A DNA stretch of 64,000 nucleotides from an uncultured Chloroflexia bacterium (GTDB lineage: Bacteria; Chloroflexota; Dehalococcoidia; Dehalococcoidales; UBA2162): the NCBI GenBank assembly GCA_963745605.1, contig CAVUYC010000012.1, forward strand, positions 63,050 through 127,049, given 5' to 3'. This document shows positions 20,788 through 28,977 of the stretch, in pieces. Position 1 is the first letter of the stretch; each line of letters begins with the position of its first letter. The translations under genes and the position numbers were made by a program. The notes under the pieces are model-generated. The model was not told the DNA's origin. It saw only the letters and a program-made list of their open reading frames with translations, and did no database searches.

Positions 20788-21408
20788 TCACCCCACAGTT
20801 CTTCGAGCGCGGCGCACCGCACCTTCCGTCATAACCAGATTCTTATGCGAGAGGACATCAACTACGTTGAGCAGACTGGCTGAAATCGTCGCAACGCCAA
20901 TCAAATTCCGCGCCGACTTCACAAGATTGTCGTTTCGTTCAGTCGTGGCAATAAGCGCTGTCGATGCGACGCCGAGCGCGCCCAAAATGGCGGCCATCGC
21001 CTTTGTCTTCGGCTCCGACAATTCAAAACCATCAACAACGATCAACTCGCTTTCCGCGACCTTGCTCGACAGCACGGAGCGGATAGCCAGCCTCCGCATC
21101 CTCTTCGGCATATCCTGGTGGTAGTCCCTGGGCTTAGGAGGGAAAATAACCCCGCCTCCCCGTCTCAGCGGAGATTTCATACTGCCAGGACGCGCCCGCC
21201 CGGTATGTTTCTGAGCGTACAGCTTCTTAGTACTACCAGCTACTTCACCCCTGGTTTTGGCGCTTGCCGTCCCCTGACGCTGGTTCGCAAGCTGCCGAAG
21301 AAGCGCCTGGTGGGTTACAGTCTTGTTGACAGGCACACCAAAAACCGCGTCGCTTATCTCTATTTGTCTGAGTACTTCCCCTGAGGTGCTGCGAACAGGA
21401 ACTTGCAC
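20788..21408 (-). CDS. rplD: 50S ribosomal protein L4 (literal ORF; the C-terminus may be frame-shifted, alternative end at 20751)
   Basis: 206 aa, ...RQGTASAKTRGEVAGSTKKLYAQKHTGRARPGSMKSPLRRGGGVIFPPKPRDY...; the last 9 aa RRARRTVG are atypical, and skipping one nt at about 20808-20816 gives ...EGAVRALEELWGEK... Confidence 0.92.
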   Translation of the reverse strand: MQVPVRSTSGEVLRQIEISDAVFGVPVNKTVTHQALLRQLANQRQGTASAKTRGEVAGSTKKLYAQKHTGRARPGSMKSPLRRGGGVIFPPKPRDYHQDMPKRMRRLAIRSVLSSKVAESELIVVDGFELSEPKTKAMAAILGALGVASTALIATTERNDNLVKSARNLIGVATISASLLNVVDVLSHKNLVMTEGAVRRARRTVG

Positions 21409-21421
21409 TTGCTTAATTTCC

Positions 21422-22045
21422 TTACCGTGACTTTTTGATCAACACAATGCCGCCGTCGACCCCGGGCACCGACCCTTTTATCAGAAGCAGATTGCGATCG
21501 GCATCTATCCTTATCACTTCGAGGCCCTGGGCAGTAACTCTAGACGCGCCCATGTGCCCGGCCATCCGATGGCCTTTCTTCAAATGGCCTGGCGTAGTGG
21601 TCGAGCTGCTTGCGCCCGGATGCCGCTCCCTATCGGACTGTCCATGAGTGTGAGGTCCGCCCTTGAAGTGGTATCTCTTCACCACGCCAGCGAACCCTTT
21701 TCCTTTTGAGGTCCCGATAACATTCACCAGGTCGCCCGGCTTGAACAGGTTGACATCCAGCTTATCGCCGACCTTCATGTCGGCAGCTTTGTCAACCCTG
21801 AATTCGCGCAGGTGCGGAAACAGACCGACATCTTTCAGGTGCCCCTTTTCCGCTGAGTTCAGATCTTTGGCCTGACCGAAACCTATCTGGACGGCCTCGT
21901 ATCCTTCCTTGGCAGCTGTCTTTATCTGCGTTACCGCGCACGGACCAGCCTCAACAGCTGTTACGCATTCGACCTTACCGTTATCTCTGTAGACCTGGGT
22001 CATTCCCAGCTTGCGACCAATAATTCCTTCAAGCATATCAATCAC
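21422..22045 (-). CDS. rplC: 50S ribosomal protein L3
   Basis: 207 aa, ...[13 protein letters not shown]...[31 protein letters not shown]...; alternative start 22036. Confidence 0.95.
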   Translation of the reverse strand: MIDMLEGIIGRKLGMTQVYRDNGKVECVTAVEAGPCAVTQIKTAAKEGYEAVQIGFGQAKDLNSAEKGHLKDVGLFPHLREFRVDKAADMKVGDKLDVNLFKPGDLVNVIGTSKGKGFAGVVKRYHFKGGPHTHGQSDRERHPGASSSTTTPGHLKKGHRMAGHMGASRVTAQGLEVIRIDADRNLLLIKGSVPGVDGGIVLIKKSR

Positions 22046-22350
22046 AACTTAATATCGATTTCGACACCAGCGGGAAGGTTCAAACTCGTAAGAGAGTCGA
22101 TCGTCTTGGAGCTTGTCTCGATGATATCGATAAGCCGCTTATGTGTCCTGATCTCGAACTGTTCCTGAGACCTTTTATCGATAAAGGGAGAGCGAATGAC
22201 GCTGAACTTTTGGATCCGCGTCGGCAACGGAATCGGTCCTGATACTACCGCGCCCGTCCTCTCCACTGTCTCCACTATCTGTTCGGCGGCCTGGTCGACC
22301 AGCTTGTGATCGAAACCCTTGAGCTTGATTCGAATCTTTTGCTTAGGCAT
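22042..22350 (-). CDS. rpsJ: 30S ribosomal protein S10
   Basis: 102 aa, [44 protein letters not shown]... Confidence 0.95.
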   Translation of the reverse strand: MPKQKIRIKLKGFDHKLVDQAAEQIVETVERTGAVVSGPIPLPTRIQKFSVIRSPFIDKRSQEQFEIRTHKRLIDIIETSSKTIDSLTSLNLPAGVEIDIKL

Positions 22351-22356
22351 TTTTGA

Positions 22357-24468
22357 TTACCCTGCTTTTTCGGTGATTTTTGCTGCGATCTCGTTAGGCA
22401 CCTGCTGGTACCGAGCGAATTCCATTGAGTGGTTAGCCCGACCTTGCGTCTTAGATCTCAACGACGTGGCATATCCAAAAGTCTCAGCGAGAGGAATAGT
22501 CCCGTGAATAGTAGTCAACTCACCATAGGTCTCGACCGACTCAACCTGCCCACGGCGTGAATGAACATCACTAAGGATGTCGCCCAGAAACTCCTCAGGG
22601 GTAACGATCTCCACCTTCATGATAGGCTCCAGAAGGATGGCTTTTCCTTTGCGCATGCCGTCCTTAAGTGCCATGGAAGCCGCGATCTTGAAAGCGAGTT
22701 CGGACGAATCAACCTCATGGTAGCTTCCGTCCACAAGGGTCGCCTTGATGTCGACCACGGGATACCCGGCCAACGCACCGCTTTCCAGGGCCTCTTTAAG
22801 GCCCGCCTGGACCGCGGGGATGAAGTTCCTGGGAATGGCAGTCCCCTTAATTGCATCGATGAACTGGAACCCTGACCCGGACTCGCCAGGCTCGAAATTG
22901 ATTTCCACATGCCCGTACTGCCCATGACCACCTGATTGACGAACAAACCGCCCTTCCGCCTCAACCGCTTTGGTGATGGTCTCCTTGTAAGCAACCCTGG
23001 GCCGACCAACCTTTGCGCTCACATTGAACTCGCTTAGCAGCCGACGGACTAGGACTTCCAGATGAAGCTCTCCCATGCCCGATATCAGCGTCTCGCCAGT
23101 CTCATTGTTGTATGCGACCTTGAAAGTGGGATCCTCTTCAGCCAACTTTTGCAGGGCCTCGCCCATGCGGTCCTGATCAGCCTTCGTCTTTGGTTCGATG
23201 GAAACGGACAGAACAGGCTCAGGAAATCGTATCGCTTCTAGCAACACTGGATCAGACGCGTCGCATAGAGTGTCGCCAGTAAATGTGGTCTTCAGACCAA
23301 GGGCGGCGACGATGCTGCCCGTGTCCGCAGTCCTGATCTCTTCACGCCGATTGGCGTGCATCAGAATGAGTCTTCCGATCCTCTCCCGCTTCCCGGCAAC
23401 CGAATTATGCACCTGGTCACCGGTCTCGACTTTGCCAGAATAAACCCTCAAATAGACGAGACGTCCAACGAACGGATCGGTCATAACTTTGAATGCGAGG
23501 GCCGTAAACGGCTCGGTATCTTCAGGCTTTCTCGTCACCTGCTCTTCAGTGCTCACCTTGGCAGCGCGTACCGAAGGCATGTCTGCCGGAGAGGGCAAGT
23601 AATTCACGATGGCGTCAAGAACAAACTGAACGCACTTGTTTCGCAGAGCGCTGCCACAGATAATCGGCACCGCCTTGCTGGCCACGGTAACCCGTCTAAT
23701 CGCTGATCGAAGCTCTTCAGGCGATATTTCCTTTCCGTCAAGGTATGAAGTCAGCAATTCGTCATCGTGTTCAGCGAGCTTCTCGACAAGGACTCTCCTT
23801 GCCTCCAAGGCGGGAGCCTTGTCGACATCGGGAGTCTCTATCGCCTTTGGGTCGGTTCCAGGCTCCCCGTCAAAACTCCAAGCCTGCATCGTCACCAAGT
23901 CGACAACACCGTAAAACGCCGACTCACTACCAAGTGGGTATTGTATGGCAAAAGGCTTAGCTTTCAGCCTGTCCTCTATCATCGATATGGTACGGGCGAA
24001 GTTGGCGCCCACCCGGTCCATCTTGTTGATAAAACAGACTCGGGACACCTGGTATTTGTTGGCTTGCCGCCAGACAGTTTCCGACTGCGCCTCAACGCCG
24101 GCGACAGCGTCAAACACCACGACCCCTCCGTCGAGCACTCTCAGGCTTCGCTCGACCTCGGCTGTGAAATCGACGTGACCGGGTGTATCGATAATATTGA
24201 TGCGGTGGTCCTTCCAGTAACACGTGGTGGCGGCAGCTGTGATAGTAATGCCTCGCTCGCGTTCTTGGTCCATCCAGTCCATCACGGCTGTGCCATCGTC
24301 AACCGCACCAACCTTGTAGGTCTGTCCTGTATAGAACAGGATCCTCTCGGTCACGGTCGTCTTACCGGCATCAATATGAGCGATGAACGCCATATTTCTG
24401 ATGTCGTTCAGAGGATAGCGCGCGGCGCTCTTCTCTTTTGTGTCAGTCTTTGTTACGGGTCTTACCAT
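22357..24468 (-). CDS. fusA: elongation factor G
   Basis: 703 aa, AHIDAGKTTVTERILFYTG...DTPGHVDFT...; between rpsG and rpsJ. Confidence 0.95.
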   Translation of the reverse strand: MVRPVTKTDTKEKSAARYPLNDIRNMAFIAHIDAGKTTVTERILFYTGQTYKVGAVDDGTAVMDWMDQERERGITITAAATTCYWKDHRINIIDTPGHVDFTAEVERSLRVLDGGVVVFDAVAGVEAQSETVWRQANKYQVSRVCFINKMDRVGANFARTISMIEDRLKAKPFAIQYPLGSESAFYGVVDLVTMQAWSFDGEPGTDPKAIETPDVDKAPALEARRVLVEKLAEHDDELLTSYLDGKEISPEELRSAIRRVTVASKAVPIICGSALRNKCVQFVLDAIVNYLPSPADMPSVRAAKVSTEEQVTRKPEDTEPFTALAFKVMTDPFVGRLVYLRVYSGKVETGDQVHNSVAGKRERIGRLILMHANRREEIRTADTGSIVAALGLKTTFTGDTLCDASDPVLLEAIRFPEPVLSVSIEPKTKADQDRMGEALQKLAEEDPTFKVAYNNETGETLISGMGELHLEVLVRRLLSEFNVSAKVGRPRVAYKETITKAVEAEGRFVRQSGGHGQYGHVEINFEPGESGSGFQFIDAIKGTAIPRNFIPAVQAGLKEALESGALAGYPVVDIKATLVDGSYHEVDSSELAFKIAASMALKDGMRKGKAILLEPIMKVEIVTPEEFLGDILSDVHSRRGQVESVETYGELTTIHGTIPLAETFGYATSLRSKTQGRANHSMEFARYQQVPNEIAAKITEKAG

Positions 24469-24486
24469 TCTACTTGGGTCAAATCC

Positions 24487-24957
24487 TTACCATCTGTAAT
24501 GGGCGAACGCCCTATTTGCCTCAGCCATCTTGTGGGTGTCGTCACGCTTCTTAATAGTCGCGCCCTGCCCCTTCGAGGCGTCAGTGAGTTCGCCAGCCAG
24601 TTTGTCAGCCATCGACTTTCCAGAACGAGCCACGGCCGAAGCCACCAGCCAGCGCATGGCAAGTGTCAACGCGCGACCCGCAGGCACCTCGACAGGAACC
24701 TGATATGTCGCACCACCAACGCGACGACCCTTAACCTCGAGTTGAGGAGTGGCATTCTTCACTGCCTGTTCCAGAACGGCGACGGCAGGCTTGGATTCCG
24801 ACTGCTCCATCTTTTCCATCGCGCCGTAGACTATCTTCTCTGCAACGCTCTTCTTGCCTTGCTTCATAATCCGGTTAACCAGCTTAGAAACGGTAACATT
24901 CTGGTACCGCGGATCAGGTATTGGCTCTCTGAGTAGTTTTCGGCTTCGCCTCGGCAT
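24487..24957 (-). CDS. rpsG: 30S ribosomal protein S7
   Basis: 156 aa, MPRRSRKLLREPIPDPRYQNVTVSKLVNRIMKQGKKSVAEKIVY...NRAFAHYRW. Confidence 0.95.
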   Translation of the reverse strand: MPRRSRKLLREPIPDPRYQNVTVSKLVNRIMKQGKKSVAEKIVYGAMEKMEQSESKPAVAVLEQAVKNATPQLEVKGRRVGGATYQVPVEVPAGRALTLAMRWLVASAVARSGKSMADKLAGELTDASKGQGATIKKRDDTHKMAEANRAFAHYRW

Positions 24958-24966
24958 ATTATCTCC

Positions 24967-25398
24967 TTAAGCAGTCGTCGCAGCAGCCTTGGCTTTCTTT
25001 GCGCCATAGAGGCTGCGGCCGCGCTTTCGATTGGCAACACCGGTCGCGTCGAGAGCGCCACGAATTATGTGATACCGTACACCCGGTAGATCAGGAACCC
25101 TGCCTCCACGGACAAGCACAACGGAGTGCTCCTGCAGCTCGTGCCCCTCACCGGGGATATAGGCTGTCACTTCGATGCCATTGGTCAGTCTGACCTTGGC
25201 GATCTTGCGCAAAGCAGAATTAGGCTTCTTGGGGGTGGTTGTCTTTACCTGGAGACAGACGCCCCTCTTTTGCGGGGAACCATCTCCACGCTTGGTCCGG
25301 TTCTTAAGAGCATTGAAAACAAACCTGAGCGCCGGAGTTTTGCTCTTTTTCCCCGGCCTGGTACGCCCTTTACGCACGAGCTGATTAATAGTCGGCAA
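24967..25398 (-). CDS. rpsL: 30S ribosomal protein S12 (TTG start; carries a ~14-aa internal insertion)
   Basis: AGGAGAAAGCAC-TTG at 25398: (M)[11 protein letters not shown]...PQKRGVC...[11 protein letters not shown]...[13 protein letters not shown]...; ORF-track N-terminal extension to 25449 rejected. Confidence 0.93.
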   Translation of the reverse strand: MPTINQLVRKGRTRPGKKSKTPALRFVFNALKNRTKRGDGSPQKRGVCLQVKTTTPKKPNSALRKIAKVRLTNGIEVTAYIPGEGHELQEHSVVLVRGGRVPDLPGVRYHIIRGALDATGVANRKRGRSLYGAKKAKAAATTA

Positions 25399-25424
25399 GT
25401 GCTTTCTCCTATCTTCAGAATCGA

Positions 25425-25450
25425 AATGGATGAGCCTGAGCTCATCCATT
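25425..25450 (-). promoter_or_regulatory. perfect 11-bp hairpin in the rpsL 5' leader
   Basis: AATGGATGAGC (25425-25435) / GCTCATCCATT (25440-25450), 4-nt loop, about 27 nt upstream of the TTG start. Confidence 0.5.
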
Positions 25451-25524
25451 CACGGCGACAGGCCTCTTGTGTGCCGGTGAAGCCTGCACTAACCTGTGAC
25501 TTGAATAACTAGTGCCAAAAGCGA

Positions 25525-25553
25525 ATGTTACCATAGCTACCTGGCACTGTCAA
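25525..25553 (-). promoter_or_regulatory. sigma-70-like promoter of the str/S10/spc/alpha cluster
   Basis: Sense strand TTGACA (25553-25548) - 17 nt - TAACAT (25530-25525). Confidence 0.5.
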
Positions 25554-25710
25554 CTAAGACAGCCTTCGTTCTTGCCTTTCGAAAGCTGTCTCGACGAGCT
25601 TTACCCGGAGTCTACAAGGATAGCAGCAATTAGTCTTCACTTCAACCTCCGGATAGCCGCGTTTACGCCGCCTGTGCAATAATAGGGGCGGTTCCGGGAG
25701 GAGAGCAGTA

Positions 25711-26604
25711 ATGCCAACCAAAGTCAGTCTTTGTCTCACCAAACATCGCGAAGAGGGCGTCCTCCACGCGTTGGGGCTTCTGGAAGTGAACCCTGTCAAG
25801 GGAAAGAACGTTGTCCTGAAGCCGAACTTCAACAGCGCCGACCTCTGTCCGGGTTCGACTCACATCGACACCCTGAGAGCATTGATTACGACGGTCAAAG
25901 ACATGGGCGCGCGGTCGATCACGTTGGCCGAGCGAAGTGGGCCAGGTGATCCGACGCGAGTAGTGATGGAAAAGAAAGGGGTGCTTGCCCTGGCGAAGGA
26001 GTTGGGATTCGCTATTGTGAACCTTGAGGAAATGCCCGCTCATGGATGGATGCACTTCGTTCCGCCGCAAAGCCATTGGGCCGATGGTTTCATGTTCCCG
26101 GTTATCTACCACAACGCCGAGTGCGTGGTCTCCACATGCTGCCTCAAGACCCATCAGTACGGGGGGCATTTCACGTTATCTCTGAAACTGGCGGTGGGCA
26201 TGGTTCCGAGGATCGACCAGCCATACATGCAGGAGATGCACCGCTCGCCATATCAGAGGCAGATGATCGCTGAATTGAACACAGCCTATAGTCCAAGCCT
26301 GATCGTCTTGGACGGAATAGATGCATTTGTGAAAGGAGGGCCGGCCAGCGGCACTCGTGTTGAGGCAGGGGTAATGCTGGGAGGGACTGACCGCATTGCC
26401 ATCGATGCGGTCGGAGTCTCAATCCTGCGTCATCTCGGGACAACCCCTGAGGTCGCTAAAGGCCCGGTCTTCAAGCAGGACCAGATAGCACGAGCCGTGG
26501 AGCTCGGCCTCGGGGTACAGTCTCCCGAAGAGATCGAGATTGTGACGCCAAACGCTGAAAGCGCCAGATACGCCGAAAAGATCCGGGAGATACTGAATAG
26601 TTGA
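25711..26604 (+). CDS. DUF362 domain-containing protein
   Basis: 297 aa; ...GKNVVLKPNFNSADLCPGSTHIDTLRALI...CLKTHQYGGHFTLSLKLAVG...DRIAIDAVG..., the pattern I associate with DUF362; function unknown. Confidence 0.7.
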   Translation: MPTKVSLCLTKHREEGVLHALGLLEVNPVKGKNVVLKPNFNSADLCPGSTHIDTLRALITTVKDMGARSITLAERSGPGDPTRVVMEKKGVLALAKELGFAIVNLEEMPAHGWMHFVPPQSHWADGFMFPVIYHNAECVVSTCCLKTHQYGGHFTLSLKLAVGMVPRIDQPYMQEMHRSPYQRQMIAELNTAYSPSLIVLDGIDAFVKGGPASGTRVEAGVMLGGTDRIAIDAVGVSILRHLGTTPEVAKGPVFKQDQIARAVELGLGVQSPEEIEIVTPNAESARYAEKIREILNS

Positions 26605-26632
26605 GTTCGGTGATAGCGAGTTTCCATTACGA

Positions 26633-27463
26633 ATGCCCGTTGTCCATCACCGCTGCGTTTCAGAAATGACCATGGGTCAATTTGACGGAACAGTCACTAG
26701 TAACACGTCCATGTTCCATGGGGATGCCGCGGACCTGGAAAGAAGATTCAGCGACATACGCCTGATGTGGCTTCACGCTCCTCATATCGCCAAGGCCGCC
26801 CGCCCAGGTCAGTTCGTGATGGTGAAGTGTGACGATTTGACCCTGGCGCGTCCCATCAGCATTCATCAAGTCGACGGTGAAAATGTCGCTTTGTTTTTCT
26901 CAGTGCTGGCCGACGGTAAAGGGACCGCCTGGCTCAGCCGGCGAGTAGAGGGACAAAAAGTCCAATTGCTGGGCCCGCTTGGCAACGGTTTCACTGTCAA
27001 TTCCAGTTCCCGGAGACTGGTGCTCATAGGCGGAGGGATGGGGATAGCTCCCCTGAACTTCCTGGCACAGACCACTGTCTCCCAGGGGAAAACCGTGACC
27101 CTTTTGATGGGAGCGAAGACGGATTCACTTCTTTATCCTCAACGGCTTCTCCCTGCAGAAGTTTCCGTCTCAGTTGCCACCGAGGACGGGTCTGCGGGCC
27201 ATCATGGTCTCATAACCGAAATTATCGAGAGACATGCTCCGACGGCCGATCAAGTATTCGCTTGCGGTCCGTCACCCATGTACCGGCAAATGGCAATGAA
27301 CAGACGGAAATACGGCCTTGACATGCCCGTCCAGGTCTCGCTGGAGGCAAGGATGGCTTGCGGCCACGGCGTTTGTTACAGTTGCACGCTCAAAACAAGA
27401 CAGGGCTTGAAACAAGTATGCAAGGACGGCCCGGTCTTCCACCTGAACGAACTGATTGTTTGA
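26633..27463 (+). CDS. PyrK-like FAD/NAD(P)-binding electron-transfer subunit with C-terminal 2Fe-2S site
   Basis: PGQFVMVKC...RPISIH...LGPLGNGF...LIGGGMGIAPL...ACGPSPMY...SLEARMACGHGVCYSCT...VCKDGPVF; start uncertain (26633 or ATG 26666); no pyrD adjacent. Confidence 0.8.
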   Translation: MPVVHHRCVSEMTMGQFDGTVTSNTSMFHGDAADLERRFSDIRLMWLHAPHIAKAARPGQFVMVKCDDLTLARPISIHQVDGENVALFFSVLADGKGTAWLSRRVEGQKVQLLGPLGNGFTVNSSSRRLVLIGGGMGIAPLNFLAQTTVSQGKTVTLLMGAKTDSLLYPQRLLPAEVSVSVATEDGSAGHHGLITEIIERHAPTADQVFACGPSPMYRQMAMNRRKYGLDMPVQVSLEARMACGHGVCYSCTLKTRQGLKQVCKDGPVFHLNELIV

Positions 27464-27513
27464 TCAGTTCAGGGACCCGCAAAGCGTTCCGCACGTTGAG
27501 TATCGAGGCACGA

Positions 27514-27930
27514 ATGGTCTTCACCGGAACTCTTCAGATTGAAACCCAAGGGGACATGGATATCATCGACATCACACCCAGGATCGCCGGCTTTCTTGGA
27601 GAAAGCAAGCTTGCGTCGGGAGTAGTCACTGTTTACGTCTCACACACCACGGCCGGAGTGTCCGTAATCGAATGTGAAACTGGGCTGCTCAGTGATTTCA
27701 AACGCATGTTTGAGAGGGTATACCCGACGGCTATCCGCTACGAACATGACAATCACTCTACTGAGGGAAACGGGTATGCTCACGTGCGGGCGTCGATGGT
27801 GGGACCTTCGGTAGCGGTCCCCTTCGTTCAGGGCACTATGTCACTTGGCATCTGGCAGAGGATCGTTCTGGTGGACTTTGACAACGGCCCCAGGTCTCGC
27901 CACGTGATTGTCCAGATAATGGGTGCATGA
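27514..27930 (+). CDS. YjbQ/UPF0047-family protein (secondary thiamine-phosphate synthase-like)
   Basis: ATG at 27514: MVFTGTLQIETQGDMDIIDITPRIAGFL...VTVYVSHTTAGVSVIECE...GYAHVRASMVGPSVAVPF..GTMSLGIWQRIVLVDFD; ORF-track N-extension overlaps the PyrK-like gene and is rejected. Confidence 0.8.
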   Translation: MVFTGTLQIETQGDMDIIDITPRIAGFLGESKLASGVVTVYVSHTTAGVSVIECETGLLSDFKRMFERVYPTAIRYEHDNHSTEGNGYAHVRASMVGPSVAVPFVQGTMSLGIWQRIVLVDFDNGPRSRHVIVQIMGA

Positions 27931-27987
27931 AACCTCCCCACCGCATTGGCTGCTGTGATTCGCGGAAAACCTTTGCGCTTCTCACCC

Positions 27988-28017
27988 TTGACCGCATTTT
28001 TGGCGTGACAATATAAT
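27988..28017 (+). promoter_or_regulatory. near-consensus sigma-70 promoter for the two mini-ORFs
   Basis: TTGACC (27988-27993) - 18 nt - TATAAT (28012-28017). Confidence 0.55.
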
Positions 28018-28069
28018 GGTGAAGGCGTGTCTGCCCATAAACGCAGAGTCTAGATAAGGTGGTGTCCAC

Positions 28070-28189
28070 ATGGCAAACCAGATTGGCAAGCGTTACGTCT
28101 GCACGAAGTGCGGGGCTGAACTAATTGTGACGAAGGGCGGAACGGGGACGCTTCAGCATTGTGGCCAGAATATGGAACAAAAGAAGTAG
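28070..28189 (+). CDS. desulforedoxin-like small metal-binding protein (39 aa)
   Basis: Below ORF-track cutoff. AAGGTGGTG RBS then MANQIGKRYVCTKCGAELIVTKGGTGTLQHCGQNMEQKK*, resembling desulforedoxin (..[27 protein letters not shown]..) with HC instead of CC. Confidence 0.7.
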   Translation: MANQIGKRYVCTKCGAELIVTKGGTGTLQHCGQNMEQKK

Positions 28190-28210
28190 GGAGCTGAAAA
28201 GGAGATCTCC

Positions 28211-28354
28211 ATGGCTAGTGAGCTAGGTAAGAGATATCGCTGCAAGAAATGCGGCACGGAAGCGCTGTGTGTCAAGGCTGGCGAAGGCACCCCTTCCTGC
28301 GATGGCGAGGATATGGAACTCGTGCAACCGAGACCTGTTCCCTCTTCTGACTAA
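28211..28354 (+). CDS. desulforedoxin-like small metal-binding protein (47 aa), paralog of the preceding ORF
   Basis: Below ORF-track cutoff. AGGAG RBS then MASELGKRYRCKKCGTEALCVKAGEGTPSCDGEDMELVQPRPVPSSD*. Confidence 0.7.
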   Translation: MASELGKRYRCKKCGTEALCVKAGEGTPSCDGEDMELVQPRPVPSSD

Positions 28355-28403
28355 ACTGACAGCCGACCGCGGGACGACTCAATTAGTGCGACCGAGTCGA
28401 TGC

Positions 28404-28973
28404 CTATTTGTTGTGCTCAAGGAGCGAGAAGAACTCGCTCCTTGTTTTTGATCGGCTGCGGAAGGTGCCCCTGACCGCCGACGTAAGTATCCGGCTCCCC
28501 GGTTTCTTTATCCCACGCATGGTCATACAAAGATGCTCCGCTTCAATTACAACGCCCACCCCATCCGGCCGGATACCTTGAACGATCGCCTCGGCTATCT
28601 GAGTAGTCATTCGTTCCTGTAATTGAGGCCTGCGCGCAATAGTTTCAACCACCCTCGCGATCTTGCTCGCCCCAACCACCCTTCCGCTGGTATTCGGTAT
28701 ATATCCCACGTGAGCCAGCCCGTAGAAGGGCAGCAGATGGTGCTCGCACATCGAATAGAAGGGAATGTCTTTCAGCACGACCATTTCGCGATGGCCTTCC
28801 TCGAAGCCGACCGCCAGTTCTTCACAAGGGTCGACGCCAAGGCCACTAAAGAGTTCTTCAAACATCTCCGCCACCCGGTTGGGAGTACCGACGAGGCCCT
28901 CCCTGGTCGGGTCTTCGCCGATGGCCGGGATGATCTCAGCCACTGCCTTTCTTATAGCTTCTTTATCAACCAT
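28404..28973 (-). CDS. folE: GTP cyclohydrolase I
   Basis: ATG at 28973: [44 protein letters not shown]...[14 protein letters not shown]... Confidence 0.9.
   Translation of the reverse strand: MVDKEAIRKAVAEIIPAIGEDPTREGLVGTPNRVAEMFEELFSGLGVDPCEELAVGFEEGHREMVVLKDIPFYSMCEHHLLPFYGLAHVGYIPNTSGRVVGASKIARVVETIARRPQLQERMTTQIAEAIVQGIRPDGVGVVIEAEHLCMTMRGIKKPGSRILTSAVRGTFRSRSKTRSEFFSLLEHNK
28418..28449 (+). terminator. rho-independent terminator of the mini-ORF operon, embedded in the 3' coding end of convergent folE
   Basis: CAAGGAGCGAG (28418-28428) / CTCGCTCCTTG (28434-28444), 5-nt loop, then TTTTT (28445-28449). Confidence 0.6.
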
Positions 28974-28977
28974 ACGA

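Noticed and set aside
25398-25449. N-terminal extensions given by the ORF track for rpsL, rplM (to 6402), rpsH (to 15720), rpsQ, rplP, rpsC, rplB, folE, hisF (to 46780), hisH, yjbQ (from 27358) and the DUF1385 gene (from 33919)
   Set aside because: The canonical protein N-termini, each preceded by an RBS, lie further downstream. The extensions overlap upstream genes or terminators.
25541-25560. A TGGCAC element resembling the sigma-54 -24 box
   Set aside because: No TTGC -12 element sits at the required spacing. A good sigma-70 promoter on the other strand overlaps the site.
28269-28451. 60-aa plus-strand ORF overlapping the second mini-ORF and the folE 3' end
   Set aside because: It is out of frame with the well-supported 47-aa desulforedoxin-like ORF, has no RBS, and runs through the terminator.
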